Virus record (IMG/VR): IMGVR_UViG_3300034358_000003
DNA from: an uncultured virus (IMG/VR IMGVR_UViG_3300034358_000003)
Lineage: Duplodnaviria > Heunggongvirae > Uroviricota > Caudoviricetes
Length of the DNA stretch: 64,000 nt
Direction: 5' to 3' (one strand)
Shown: in pieces, positions 43,772 to 54,123 of the stretch
How positions within the stretch are numbered: position 1 is the stretch's first letter
Layout: the number at the start of each line of letters is the position of its first letter
Translations under genes and position numbers: made by a program
Notes under the pieces: model-generated
The model's database searches: none
Seen by the model: the letters and a program-made list of their open reading frames with translations, nothing else
What the model was told of the DNA's origin: nothing

Positions 43772-45210
43772 AGCTTACCTACCACAAACCAACTAGCTCG
43801 ACCAGAATACTGCCCGATGGCCGCGTAGCATACCAGTTGGATTCGAGAACCACTAATCATAACAACTTCAACACCGTCGGCAGCGTTGGTTGTAGCGTGT
43901 GCTGTTGCGTTCAACGAGTAGATTTCTGTCATTGCCAGTGGCAGGGTTACGATCAAGCTTTCAGCCGGAACGTAGTTGTTACCCCACTGAAACACTAGCC
44001 CGTTAGGCATAATCATGTAACCGGGGTTCGCAACTACTGAGTTGAAGTTGTGTGTCGCACCATTACCCAGCCCAAGGTTGTTACGGGCTGTTTGCTTGTT
44101 AGGCAGGTCAGACAAGTTGCTCAGGGTTTGAAGGAAGTCTCCAGTAGAACTAACAGATGCAGAACCCAACCCAAGGTTGGAACGGGACAGTACAACGTCA
44201 GTCAACCCAGCCAAGTTATCAGACTTCAGGAGGATAGAACTCAGCGGTGTTACTGCTGTGGATGTGAGCCCAAGGTTTGTACGAGCAAAGCCGGGGTTAC
44301 TCACATCAGCAAGGTTCTGTGCTGCTCTTAGGAAGTAGTTCTCAGGTTGAGTTGCCGTAGAGGTAAGCCCAAGGTTAGAACGTGCAGCGGACGCACTCAG
44401 GAGGTCGCTGAGGTTGTTTGCAGTTTGAGCAAAGGCACCAACATTCTGTGTGGCCGCTGTACCAAGCCCAAGGTTAGAACGTGCTGTTGCGTAGTTTGCC
44501 ATGCCAGAGAGGTTGCCAGACTTCTTCAGATAAACAGCATTACCCTTGAGAGGTGTGATAGCTGTCAGATCATCTGTACCAGTCTCTGTTGCACCAGTCG
44601 TGGCCAACTTAACAACACCAAGAGTAGACTCCGTAGCCTGTGTGAGCAAGCTAGAAACTTGACCAAGGCGTACAGCGTGCTCAGGTTGTGTCGCAACTGC
44701 TACAGCAAATACTTGAGCAGAGCTACCATTCAAACCTGCAAATCTTGTATCGCTTTCAGACTTGGAGTAGACAGACAAGTTGTTTCTTGCGGCTACCAAG
44801 TTTGCAACACCAGACAGTGTTTGGTAGTTGGTGATGTGTGCGGAGAGTGCAGCAGACACGACAGCAACACTTCCGTATTCCTCGAAAGCTACAGCCCAGA
44901 ACAAGTTGTTTAGCGTGTTAGCTGGGTCTTTGTTTGTGTTTGTTTGAAGGCATTTGTAGATAATACCATTGCTGCCTTGCGTATAGCTCAGAAGACCTTG
45001 GTATTCAGTTGCACTATCCCATTCTGGAATACCATGCTGACTGATGTGAGCAATGGCACGATCCTGACGGTTGTCAATCCAGTTTTGGTATTCATAAGGT
45101 GGGAGCTGTACAACCCACCCGATGTTGACCTTGGATGTACCCGGATCAATTTTTGTACCGCCGTTTGCCCAGATGTTACTTAGGCCAAGCGGTTTTGTAA
45201 TGTTAGCCAT
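43768..45210 (-). CDS. tail fibre protein
   Basis: ~33-aa NL..L...AR.NLGL repeats; C-terminal GYMIMPNGLVFQWG. Confidence 0.88.
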   Translation of the reverse strand: MANITKPLGLSNIWANGGTKIDPGTSKVNIGWVVQLPPYEYQNWIDNRQDRAIAHISQHGIPEWDSATEYQGLLSYTQGSNGIIYKCLQTNTNKDPANTLNNLFWAVAFEEYGSVAVVSAALSAHITNYQTLSGVANLVAARNNLSVYSKSESDTRFAGLNGSSAQVFAVAVATQPEHAVRLGQVSSLLTQATESTLGVVKLATTGATETGTDDLTAITPLKGNAVYLKKSGNLSGMANYATARSNLGLGTAATQNVGAFAQTANNLSDLLSASAARSNLGLTSTATQPENYFLRAAQNLADVSNPGFARTNLGLTSTAVTPLSSILLKSDNLAGLTDVVLSRSNLGLGSASVSSTGDFLQTLSNLSDLPNKQTARNNLGLGNGATHNFNSVVANPGYMIMPNGLVFQWGNNYVPAESLIVTLPLAMTEIYSLNATAHATTNAADGVEVVMISGSRIQLVCYAAIGQYSGRASWFVVGKL

Positions 45211-45222
45211 ATTTGAACCCTC

Positions 45223-45798
45223 TTAAATAGATTTATACGGATTGATCTTGGTTGTCATACCTTGACGTTCAGTCGATCCCACGTCTTTCGGCTCTGTCTT
45301 GAAACCAAGACGGATAACAAATGCACGCGTGCTAGACCATTCATGAACGAGGTAGAAACCGTACCACTTCTTGCCGTTGTTTTCTGTTGTAACGAATTGC
45401 CACCCACCTTCCCCAGCGTGGTCACGAACATGTTCATGTCCCTTGTATGTCACTGTGCTACCGTCAAGCGGGCAAGAGAACATACTGGTTAGACGCATAT
45501 TGTTAACTGGATTTCGAAGGGCAGCCCATGTGTACATTGAAATGAAGTGATCTACTGGAAGGCCGAACGGAGTGTTGGCAGCCCACCACAGACGCTTGTC
45601 ACCAAGCAATCCATCATAGTCATTACCAAACAACCACGCCCATTTGGGTAAGTTAGAAATCTTACGTCCATCGCTTAGTGAAGTCCCATCAACTCGGAAT
45701 GGAATCGCAATTGCTACGATTACCAGCCCGAGGATGTCGAGAATCACATTAGCCACAAACAGGAATAGAAACTGTGCTGCTGCTTTAATGTAATCCAT
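45223..45798 (-). CDS. Trp-rich protein with N-terminal TM (DUF7338-like)
   Basis: LPKWAWLFGNDYDG..WAALRNP. Confidence 0.6.
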   Translation of the reverse strand: MDYIKAAAQFLFLFVANVILDILGLVIVAIAIPFRVDGTSLSDGRKISNLPKWAWLFGNDYDGLLGDKRLWWAANTPFGLPVDHFISMYTWAALRNPVNNMRLTSMFSCPLDGSTVTYKGHEHVRDHAGEGGWQFVTTENNGKKWYGFYLVHEWSSTRAFVIRLGFKTEPKDVGSTERQGMTTKINPYKSI

Positions 45799-46655
45799 TA
45801 GCGTAGCTCATACCAAGATCCGAGGGAGCCTACGCTGATATCGACGCGGTATGTTGAACCGGGCGGGACGATCAGAACAACAGTTGCTGCCTGCGAGTAA
45901 CCAGCACCACCACTGTTACCAGTCCAAATAGTTACACCGTTTACAGCAGCACTCATGACGTAGTATGGATTAGAGTTGCAAACAGCGGAAAACATGATTG
46001 GCTTGCTACTGGTGTTAGTGTATGTAGTGCCGGCTGTTCGACTACCTGTCAGGTTCTGCCAAGTTTGTCCATATCCCATGCTCGACATAGCTGTAAGGGC
46101 TTGACCACCACACCCTTGTACAGTTGTTGGGGCTGTTGCCCAAGTTCCTGCTGTAGTTTGAGTGGAGTCAATTGCTCCAACTACACGGAACGGCACGTTA
46201 GTGCGGGCTACAAGAGAGTAGACAACACTTGCAGATGTAGAACCTGCCGTCAGTGCGGTTGTACTGATCAGACCAGACTCATCGAGGTTAGTACCGCCTG
46301 CAATGTTTACAACCGCAAGCTCAACAGTACCAGCGTTGTTAATTGCTAGGAGCACAATACGAGACTGGGTAGCGTTGATTGTTCCGAGTGTAGCTCCTGT
46401 TGGGATGGTCATTGTCAGGTTAGGAGTTGCAAGTCGTGTTGTGGCACCGATAGACAATGTGCTGCTACGGAAATCTAGAGTTGTAGCCGCAAGCCCTACA
46501 GTGAGGGCGTTAGAAGCTACAGAGGCTACGATAGATTTGATTGAATGTTCAATACCGAGGTTAATACCAGCGGAGTCGAATGTAACCATATCAACCCCGT
46601 TTACTTGCAGTGCTCCGAGCAAGCCGGAGGCGTCCGATCTTAGAGAACTAGACAT
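45798..46655 (-). CDS. tail fibre/receptor-binding module
   Basis: C-terminal GYGQTWQNLTGSR..YTNT..KPI..WYELR. Confidence 0.75.
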   Translation of the reverse strand: MSSSLRSDASGLLGALQVNGVDMVTFDSAGINLGIEHSIKSIVASVASNALTVGLAATTLDFRSSTLSIGATTRLATPNLTMTIPTGATLGTINATQSRIVLLAINNAGTVELAVVNIAGGTNLDESGLISTTALTAGSTSASVVYSLVARTNVPFRVVGAIDSTQTTAGTWATAPTTVQGCGGQALTAMSSMGYGQTWQNLTGSRTAGTTYTNTSSKPIMFSAVCNSNPYYVMSAAVNGVTIWTGNSGGAGYSQAATVVLIVPPGSTYRVDISVGSLGSWYELR

Positions 46656-46658
46656 ATA

Positions 46659-46961
46659 TTATTCCTCCGTCTTAGGGAATCGAGATTTGATTTCAGCAAT
46701 CTTGTCTGTCCATACTTTCTTCGTTACTTCCTTGCGTTGGTACTTGAAGAAGAGTGGGTCAGCTTCTACTGCGTACGCTGCCAGACGCTGAGCGTCTGCA
46801 ATTTCATTGAGAACTTCAATGGATGGCTTCTGAGCATCACGTGCTGTAACAAGTTCTTCTTCTGTTAGAAGCTCAAGGTCTGCACGGATATATTCATCTT
46901 GGGAGCCGTCAGCTTCATAGGCGAAGATTTCATTTGTTGTACGATCGATGTAATGTTTCAT
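46659..46961 (-). CDS. tail fibre assembly chaperone
   Basis: EIFAYEADGSQD..EADPLFF..IKSRFP. Confidence 0.75.
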   Translation of the reverse strand: MKHYIDRTTNEIFAYEADGSQDEYIRADLELLTEEELVTARDAQKPSIEVLNEIADAQRLAAYAVEADPLFFKYQRKEVTKKVWTDKIAEIKSRFPKTEE

Positions 46962-46973
46962 AATTTTTCCCTC

Positions 46974-47471
46974 TTAACGTGTTTCGATCCATTTACTAAG
47001 ACCGGGGGTAGCAGAGCTTCCAGAAGTGGAAACTGAATAGGTCTTACCTGCTGGGACAAGGAACGTGCGAGATAGGATAAAGCCTGCCGCACTCACCGGG
47101 TAAATTGTTCCGCCGCGAGAGACACCATCAACAGTTGGTGTAATACCAACCTGTCCAGACGATGTAGAGCTGAACAGCACTTCTACAAGGATTGGCTTAC
47201 CTGTTGTGTTGGTATATGTTGTACCAGCGACTCGACTAGCTGTTAGGTCTTGATCCGTTTGACCAGTCCCAAGAACACCTCCAAGGATGTTACCAATCGG
47301 AGTAATGTTGCCAGAGGCATCGACAGTGAAGATATCTTGTGTTGTAGCGCCCGCGTTCCCACGGGCTAGTTTCATTGTACCGTTAGCAGCTTCGGCTGTG
47401 ATTACAAAGTTGTTTGCTGGTGTACCGGACGTCCCAAGTTGGATGTTACTAGTTACGACTGTCATGCCCAT
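46974..47471 (-). CDS. short tail fibre tip module
   Basis: Same C-terminal domain as 45798-46655. Confidence 0.7.
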   Translation of the reverse strand: MGMTVVTSNIQLGTSGTPANNFVITAEAANGTMKLARGNAGATTQDIFTVDASGNITPIGNILGGVLGTGQTDQDLTASRVAGTTYTNTTGKPILVEVLFSSTSSGQVGITPTVDGVSRGGTIYPVSAAGFILSRTFLVPAGKTYSVSTSGSSATPGLSKWIETR

Positions 47472-47893
47472 GCCTCGAATACGATTTTAAAGTTAGTGTT
47501 TACCGTTGCAGACGAGATGACGGCGGCAGTTACCGGGTCTTGCAAGAAAATACCAGAACCGCCAATCCTGACAATCAGGTTTGTTGCATCACGTTTACAC
47601 ATGAACCCGAAGATAACCAAGCTGGCGTTGGCCTGTTCATAATCCAACTGCCAGAAAGTCTCATCCCCTACGGCGAAGTTGCCCGTTGCTACGGTACATA
47701 CAAGGTATGCAGTAACCAACTTAGGCTTTGCTCCGAGTCCATGTGGAAGTGTGAGACCGCCACCCCAAACAATAGTTTGTGGAGCGCTTACAAATTCTTT
47801 CGTAAATGGTGGTGTCCATTTCAGATCACCGATATCGACACTTGCGGGTGCAACAGTATCCACACCCAGCAGTCCATCAATTTTTGTTGGCAT
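47462..47893 (-). CDS. tail fibre-associated beta protein
   Basis: TLPHGLGAKP motif. Confidence 0.65.
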   Translation of the reverse strand: MPTKIDGLLGVDTVAPASVDIGDLKWTPPFTKEFVSAPQTIVWGGGLTLPHGLGAKPKLVTAYLVCTVATGNFAVGDETFWQLDYEQANASLVIFGFMCKRDATNLIVRIGGSGIFLQDPVTAAVISSATVNTNFKIVFEAWA

Positions 47894-47903
47894 TATATTC
47901 TCC

Positions 47904-49457
47904 TTAAACGATTGTCCAAACAGAACCGTTAGAAACAGTTACTGTGACACCGTTTGCGATTGTGATTGGTCCAGCGGACATTGCGTTCTGTCCTGTTGGA
48001 ATTGTGAAGTTTGCAGTGACAGTTTGGTCATTCATGTAGAAGACCGAATCGTTACCACCACCAGATGCACCACCAAGAGAGCCCCATGCTGTCCCATTGT
48101 TGATTTCAGCACGACTTGTGTCTGTGTTGAATCGGAACTTACCGGCACCGTTTGCAGGACGTTGAGCTGTACTACCAGCAGGGATTGCAGCAGCACCAAC
48201 AGCAGAGTCTTTATCAACTACAGAGAGAGTGATGTTCGCTGTACCGTCGAATGCAACACCTTGGATTGTACGTGGTGTTTGCAAAGCTGTTGCTGTTGCA
48301 GCGTTAATACCAGTCAGGGTAGATGGCAGGCGTGCAAGAGGAAGAGTCCCAGTTGTCAGGTTAGCTGCATCGTTAGAGCCGATTGTTGTACGGACAGTAG
48401 AGGCATCAGTGTCATCCAGAATGCTACGAGCAAACGCTGTCAAGGTTGTTGTAGCGCCAACGTTAGTACCAGTGTAGTAAATCATCTGGTTGGCTGCTGG
48501 GTTCAAAGCAGAGACACTTGTAAGCAGAGCATTCAGAGGTTGCTTAGTTGCCAGTCCGTTTGTAAGGTTGGTATCGCTCTCAGTTGTGCTGTATACACTC
48601 AAGGTGGCTCTTGCTGTGGCTGCGTCACCATCATCAAGAAGGGTACGGGCAAAGGTTGTAAGCGGTGTCGTAGTTGTTGTGTCTACGCCAGTCCAGTACG
48701 ACATAGTGTTGTTCGCTGTAGTTGTTCCAGCAAGGGCTGTCAGTGTCGCATCAAGTGGTTGCTTTGTAGCTAGGCCAGCAGTCAATGCGGCAGAAGTATC
48801 AACAGCGCTATCAACACCAAGAGTTGCACGCATCGCCACGGCATCAGCATCGTCTAGCAATGTACGAGCAAAACCAGTGAAGGTTGTAACTGCCATTGCA
48901 CCAGAACCAATGAAGTATGGTAGGTTGTTTGCAGAACCAGATACACTGGACAAGCCTGTCAAGTTTGGGTTGGATAGTTGTGCAGCGATAAGAGTTCTGG
49001 CATCAGCGGCATCAACAACATTACCAATCTGACGACCGAAACCACTGGACGCAGCATTACGTGCAACGCCAGAGCCATCAATATAAGATTGTGTATTTGG
49101 TGTTACAGCCAGAGGCTTGATAGCTTCAAGGTAAGGAGTGGAATCAACAAAAGCTTTAACCCAATCAAGAAGGGCGATAGGGTCAGAGTTTGTACTTGTA
49201 GTAGTTGCTTTGTAAACAACACCAGCACGTTGAACGTAAGACTTGTTGATAATATACTCAGTTGTAGAATCCCACTCAGGGAAACCCTTTTGAAGCATGT
49301 AAGCAATGTTCTGGTCTTGGCGGTTCTCAAACCAGTTCCACCATTGACGAGGAACTACTTCTACACCCCAACCGGCACGAATCTTACCAGAGTCAGGAGC
49401 AACAACGTCGCCAGCGACGGCCCAGATATCCGTCATGTCGTATTTAATCAGGTCCAT
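47904..49457 (-). CDS. tail fibre protein
   Basis: N-terminal domain homologous to 43768-45210; FARTLLDD repeats. Confidence 0.88.
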   Translation of the reverse strand: MDLIKYDMTDIWAVAGDVVAPDSGKIRAGWGVEVVPRQWWNWFENRQDQNIAYMLQKGFPEWDSTTEYIINKSYVQRAGVVYKATTTSTNSDPIALLDWVKAFVDSTPYLEAIKPLAVTPNTQSYIDGSGVARNAASSGFGRQIGNVVDAADARTLIAAQLSNPNLTGLSSVSGSANNLPYFIGSGAMAVTTFTGFARTLLDDADAVAMRATLGVDSAVDTSAALTAGLATKQPLDATLTALAGTTTANNTMSYWTGVDTTTTTPLTTFARTLLDDGDAATARATLSVYSTTESDTNLTNGLATKQPLNALLTSVSALNPAANQMIYYTGTNVGATTTLTAFARSILDDTDASTVRTTIGSNDAANLTTGTLPLARLPSTLTGINAATATALQTPRTIQGVAFDGTANITLSVVDKDSAVGAAAIPAGSTAQRPANGAGKFRFNTDTSRAEINNGTAWGSLGGASGGGNDSVFYMNDQTVTANFTIPTGQNAMSAGPITIANGVTVTVSNGSVWTIV

Positions 49458-49467
49458 TTTTGTTCCT

Positions 49468-50202
49468 TTATGTAATTAGGTTAGATAGGAATCCACCAAC
49501 AGATGGATCATTCAGATCACCAGTACCAACGGCACCGGGAAATCCATCTGTAGCAAATACCCTGCCAGCTTGGAATTCAGAGTATGAATATTTCACGCCT
49601 GCTGGTTTTGGTAGAAGTGTTCCAGCACCACCAAGGTCAAACAACAAACCACGCTCAACGTTGTTAAGAATCTTACCGATCCCGATCCTGACTTCAGCAG
49701 GAGCAGCCTCTTCGATTGTTACTTGAGATGCCCCAAACAGAAACTTGTATGCAGAAATAACGTCTTCCGGTCTTGCGAGTGTTCTGTTCTTGATGATCTT
49801 TGCTTTAAGGATCAGCCTGTATTCATCATCAGAAGGCTGACGACTGATGCCACGTGGGGCATCAATAGAGTACCACTGACCACCAACTGTGGAGTCTGTT
49901 GTAGAAGAGAAGGACGCAGCCTGCGCGTCACCATCGAAACCGAAGTAGTAGAAGATGTCAGAGGTAACGAGTCCGCGTGGGCGTCCTACAATCTCACCAA
50001 TAACATCAAGTTGTGCTCCAACTGCTGTGTCGAGAGAACGCAGTTGCATTGTATCTTTGATGACATTCTGTAGTTCAATCTTACCAGATAGTAGGAGTTG
50101 AATATATCTGTCATACACTGTCTTGCCTTTGAATTGTTCTGTGACACGCGAACGTGCCACATTCAAGAACTCTTCATCAACAAATGGATTGAGTTCGCTC
50201 AC
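49468..50202 (-). CDS. baseplate wedge protein (DUF2612-like)
   Basis: AVGAQLDVIGEIVG..YFGF..DDEYRLILKAKI..LPKPAGV. Confidence 0.85.
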   Translation of the reverse strand: MSELNPFVDEEFLNVARSRVTEQFKGKTVYDRYIQLLLSGKIELQNVIKDTMQLRSLDTAVGAQLDVIGEIVGRPRGLVTSDIFYYFGFDGDAQAASFSSTTDSTVGGQWYSIDAPRGISRQPSDDEYRLILKAKIIKNRTLARPEDVISAYKFLFGASQVTIEEAAPAEVRIGIGKILNNVERGLLFDLGGAGTLLPKPAGVKYSYSEFQAGRVFATDGFPGAVGTGDLNDPSVGGFLSNLIT

Positions 50203-50215
50203 ATTGCCTCCAGAG

Positions 50216-51673
50216 TTAGACGATTGTTACTGTGATATTGTCAGCAGTAATAACACCGACTTCATCGTAATCAATCGCAATATTTGCCATGCCAGTTGGG
50301 CTTGGTGCAGTCCCGATTGTAAGAGAGTTGACTGTGAACCCCGGCACACTGTTGATTGGTGTGTACAGACGGGAGTAAACCACATCGTCACCAATGAACT
50401 GGTTCTTATCGGAGTAGTCAACAAGCTTCTGTTTAACCTGAGCGTCTGCGTCACCGGGCATAGTACCAAGAGAGCTGATTGTCATCTCGATGTAAACAGG
50501 AACCTCAGTTGGTTGTTTGTATGAGATGCTGTGCAGGAAGCCTTGGCTGTCAGCAATCTGAACAGTTGTATCACCAATGGAAGGGATACCAGTTGGTTTG
50601 TTTTCCCAGATTGCTTGTGCAATGTCAGACGGCAAGCCACCAAGAACAATCGGCAAGAAGCTGTGAGCTGGAATACCAAGGGAGTCTACAACTCCTGTGT
50701 CATTCTCATACACGATTGCATCAGAAACTCCAGCGACGTTCTTCAACGCGTCAAGAATACCTTCAATGATGTTTTGAGATTGGAAGAACTTACTGTTGCG
50801 GAATCGCTCACGCAACTCTTCATCTGTCTCTGTGAGACGGCCAGTAGTAGCTGCTACGGGGTTTGCGACAGAATCCCACCCAGAGATTGGTACGGAGATT
50901 GTATCGATAGCAAGAGCTTCTTGTGGGAATGGGCCAACGGTGTCGTCAACTACAATCCCAAGCTTTCTTACCTTCTGCACTTGCAGGTTGACGCTCACTG
51001 CAAAGTCAGCGATTTGGAAAGGGTCAGTCCTAGTAATGTATAGTCTACCATTAGATTGGTAAGTTGTAAAGGTGGAACCGAACAAAGTGTCAACTTTATT
51101 TTGCAATCCGTCCATAATAGACTGCACAGTGTTTCCGCTTGGAGGCGTTGTGTAGATAGCATTGAGGTAGTTAACACCGTCAGTACTGTAACTGAAGCGG
51201 TAGTCAGCGTTGTTTGTAACTGTTACCGGGTACAGACCAAGACCAGAAGCAGCAGTAAGGTTCATCGTAACTGGGTTAAGGATAGAGAACACACGTTGTG
51301 TGCTTGAACTGTAAGCCTTGCCTTGTGGGGAGCTGATAATAATGTTCTGATCACCCTCAAGGATAACCTGTGCACGCGTTGCCTGTGCAGGAAGGCGTGT
51401 GATGCCACTCAGAGCAACGATGTTGTCAAGAGCGATACCCAGTGCCGTGGTTGGGTTGAAGCTGTCAAAGACTTGCTGTAGGGCTTCCCAGATGGATGCT
51501 TCAGCAGGAGCGATAACACCAATCATACGCCCAAGAGCACCAACATCTGTCACGTCTACAACGTCACCAGCAGGAACAAGATCAGAGAAGATAGATGCGG
51601 CATTTGTTTTATAGTCTGTTAGAACGTCATCCAACGTTTTGATTTCCAGACCTTGGCGAGAAAGACCAGCCAT
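50216..51673 (-). CDS. baseplate J-like wedge protein
   Basis: ALGIALDNI, ETDEELRER, IPAHS. Confidence 0.9.
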   Translation of the reverse strand: MAGLSRQGLEIKTLDDVLTDYKTNAASIFSDLVPAGDVVDVTDVGALGRMIGVIAPAEASIWEALQQVFDSFNPTTALGIALDNIVALSGITRLPAQATRAQVILEGDQNIIISSPQGKAYSSSTQRVFSILNPVTMNLTAASGLGLYPVTVTNNADYRFSYSTDGVNYLNAIYTTPPSGNTVQSIMDGLQNKVDTLFGSTFTTYQSNGRLYITRTDPFQIADFAVSVNLQVQKVRKLGIVVDDTVGPFPQEALAIDTISVPISGWDSVANPVAATTGRLTETDEELRERFRNSKFFQSQNIIEGILDALKNVAGVSDAIVYENDTGVVDSLGIPAHSFLPIVLGGLPSDIAQAIWENKPTGIPSIGDTTVQIADSQGFLHSISYKQPTEVPVYIEMTISSLGTMPGDADAQVKQKLVDYSDKNQFIGDDVVYSRLYTPINSVPGFTVNSLTIGTAPSPTGMANIAIDYDEVGVITADNITVTIV

Positions 51674-51675
51674 GT

Positions 51676-52041
51676 TTAACCTCCGATATTAATTGTGATA
51701 GGAAGGGACGCCGTGTTGTCAGCAACCCTAACTTGGAATGTCATGGAATACCCACGGTCATTGGACACTGTGGATTTGAAGGATAGGATTTCGATAACAC
51801 CCGGATCAGCACCAATCAAACCTTGGAAGATAAGGTCGATGGTGGATTTCTTTTTAACCTTTGTGAAGATTTGCTGAATGTACGGTACACCGATTGTGTC
51901 GTTCAGGAACCATTCACCATAGAATGTGTAGAGTGTGATGCGAAGTCTTTGAGCAACAACATCAGCCTGAAGTTGTGTGACGGGGCAAGCCCCGTTTTGG
52001 AAAACGAGGTCGCCTGTCGTTGTATCGATAAGCAAGTCCAT
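51676..52041 (-). CDS. baseplate wedge/sheath initiator
   Basis: QRLRITL..GEWFLN..GVPY. Confidence 0.8.
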   Translation of the reverse strand: MDLLIDTTTGDLVFQNGACPVTQLQADVVAQRLRITLYTFYGEWFLNDTIGVPYIQQIFTKVKKKSTIDLIFQGLIGADPGVIEILSFKSTVSNDRGYSMTFQVRVADNTASLPITINIGG

Positions 52042-52051
52042 AAGAATCTCC

Positions 52052-52849
52052 TTAACCAGCCACAGGGCCAGAATTACCAGAACCGGGAGTAACGCCGGAG
52101 TGGAAGTGTGTGTCGAACAGGACGCCGTTAAACTTGGCTTGTCCAGTCAATGTGTAGTTACCAGTTTGAGTATAATCACCGTTATGGGTTGTATTACCTT
52201 CGTGGGTAATGTCGCCAGTCCAAGTAGTTGTATTGGCATTTACATTCATTGTTGGTGTGTTGATTGTGTACGACTCTGTGGCGTTCATCACACCTGTCTT
52301 ACAGTTCACAGTGACAGCTTGCTCTGTGTTAATGATCAAGTTACCAGCTTGCTTCAGGACGATGTTAACCTCAGTGCCAGACGCAATGTTATGGGCGATG
52401 CACAAATCTCTGTTAGAGTCGTGTGGATACTTTCTGAGTTGTGGGTTGTTCAAGCTCTTACCGAACGGGAACAAACCGGGAATCGCAACTGCGTCTTGGT
52501 CGGAGAACTTTCGATAGTCGTTTGCTGTTGTAGGTTCTCCGCTACCGATCTTGAAGTTGTCCATAGATCGTTGAGAGAACACACACATCACAGTATCGCC
52601 ATTGTTAATTGGGAAGCTGATCAACGTTGTGCTGCTACCCGGAAAGATGACTGGGATACCAAGCATCTGCATACCCGGTTCACCACTACCATCTTTCAAC
52701 AGGTTATCTACAGATGGGATAACATCCACTTTCTGTTGTTTGTTGTCTTGATATACATTCACAACTTTGCAAGGCATCGCTGTGTAGACATCTGACATAT
52801 CAATCTTAAACTGTGTTCTGATGATATCCATAAAATCAATATCAATCAT
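52052..52849 (-). CDS. baseplate central spike (Gp138-like)
   Basis: N-terminal OB fold, beta-helix repeats, C-terminal HxH (THFHSGV). Confidence 0.88.
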   Translation of the reverse strand: MIDIDFMDIIRTQFKIDMSDVYTAMPCKVVNVYQDNKQQKVDVIPSVDNLLKDGSGEPGMQMLGIPVIFPGSSTTLISFPINNGDTVMCVFSQRSMDNFKIGSGEPTTANDYRKFSDQDAVAIPGLFPFGKSLNNPQLRKYPHDSNRDLCIAHNIASGTEVNIVLKQAGNLIINTEQAVTVNCKTGVMNATESYTINTPTMNVNANTTTWTGDITHEGNTTHNGDYTQTGNYTLTGQAKFNGVLFDTHFHSGVTPGSGNSGPVAG

Positions 52850-53769
52850 ACCAAATCCTCCGCTTGAACTTCAGAACAGAAACATTCAACATACCACTCA
52901 GTACCACGGAAGTCTCCGCTAAAGCGTGCAGTGTTGACACGATAGAAACCTGTGATCCACTTAGACTCAAGCTTGACAATCTTACCGGGAACAATGTCAG
53001 TGTTAAGCAATGCTTTAAATTGAACACCACGACGACGCTTCTTATCCTTCTTAGGCTTACGACCTGTTTCAGATGTATGGAATGGAAGGTCAATCAAACC
53101 TGTGTATGGATTGATTACAGGAGCGAGTAGTGTATCTTTGGAGAGAAGGCCGTTCTCTTCAGAGACGTTCAACACTCCAGAGTTGATATTGTACTCAAGG
53201 TTTTGTGCTTCACACAGTTTCATCAACATCTCTTTTGGACTACCTTTCAACCTCCAACCAAATACAATTGGGTTGTTCAAGTTGGTCCCAGTGTAAGCAC
53301 CACGTGCAACACCCGGCATCTGTTGTCTGATCTCTTCAAGAACATCAGCAACTGTTTTACCCGGACTCACCATCTTAGCAAGTTGTTCATGGTTAAGTGC
53401 TGTGTAACCTTCACCGATCTTCAACTGAGTCACGTAGTCGTTGCCACTCTTAACTGTAGAACTCTCTGTGACGTTACCCTGCACAAGAAGATGTGCACCG
53501 TTGTCTTTGTATCCAACAGACAGTGAAACCTCAAGGTAGTCACTTTCAAGGAGTTTGATCTGGTCGTCGGATAGGTTGTAAATCTCAATTACGGCAGAGT
53601 TACCGTTGTTTCGTTTGTTGTCAGCACTCTTGGAGACATCAAACTTAATCTCCCAAGGGTTGTCACTAACGAAACCTTGGGAATCAATCTTAGGGTTCTC
53701 AATCAGCAACCCATTGCCTGTCTTGTAATCTCCGACAGTTAGAGAGAATACCCTATCCTTCTGAGCCAT
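52846..53769 (-). CDS. baseplate hub protein
   Basis: IEIYNLS..VGY; position between spike and tape measure. Confidence 0.8.
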   Translation of the reverse strand: MAQKDRVFSLTVGDYKTGNGLLIENPKIDSQGFVSDNPWEIKFDVSKSADNKRNNGNSAVIEIYNLSDDQIKLLESDYLEVSLSVGYKDNGAHLLVQGNVTESSTVKSGNDYVTQLKIGEGYTALNHEQLAKMVSPGKTVADVLEEIRQQMPGVARGAYTGTNLNNPIVFGWRLKGSPKEMLMKLCEAQNLEYNINSGVLNVSEENGLLSKDTLLAPVINPYTGLIDLPFHTSETGRKPKKDKKRRRGVQFKALLNTDIVPGKIVKLESKWITGFYRVNTARFSGDFRGTEWYVECFCSEVQAEDLV

Positions 53770-53771
53770 GA

Positions 53772-54113
53772 TTAGTCCTCGACGTTGTAGACATAAAAGA
53801 AACTAAAGAACTCTGGCATAATGTCAGACTCTTCAGTGATTTTGTTGGAGATGGTCGAGTTCACTGGAAGTAGGATAAAGTAGCCAGTAAGGCCGTAGTC
53901 CTCCAAGTTATAATCAACCATCATTGGATACTGAGGAACTAGAGCATAACCAAGCACGATAGGTGTCTGGTCCTCCATCCTCAAATCCATGTGCCACTGA
54001 GAACAACGTGTGTTCCAGTAGTATGTAAATTGCCAAGACTGGCCTTCGAGACTCAATCCATAACGATACTTCAAGTCCGTGTATAGAGGAAGTTCGACAT
54101 AAACTGTTGTCAT
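53772..54113 (-). CDS. baseplate small protein
   Basis: YYWNTR..WHMDL; synteny. Confidence 0.75.
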   Translation of the reverse strand: MTTVYVELPLYTDLKYRYGLSLEGQSWQFTYYWNTRCSQWHMDLRMEDQTPIVLGYALVPQYPMMVDYNLEDYGLTGYFILLPVNSTISNKITEESDIMPEFFSFFYVYNVED

Positions 54114-54123
54114 AGATCACCTC

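Noticed and set aside
43990..44790. Periodic ~99-bp repeats (CCCAAGGTT...) as a CRISPR-like array
   Set aside because: They encode in-frame NLGL repeats of the tail fibre shaft
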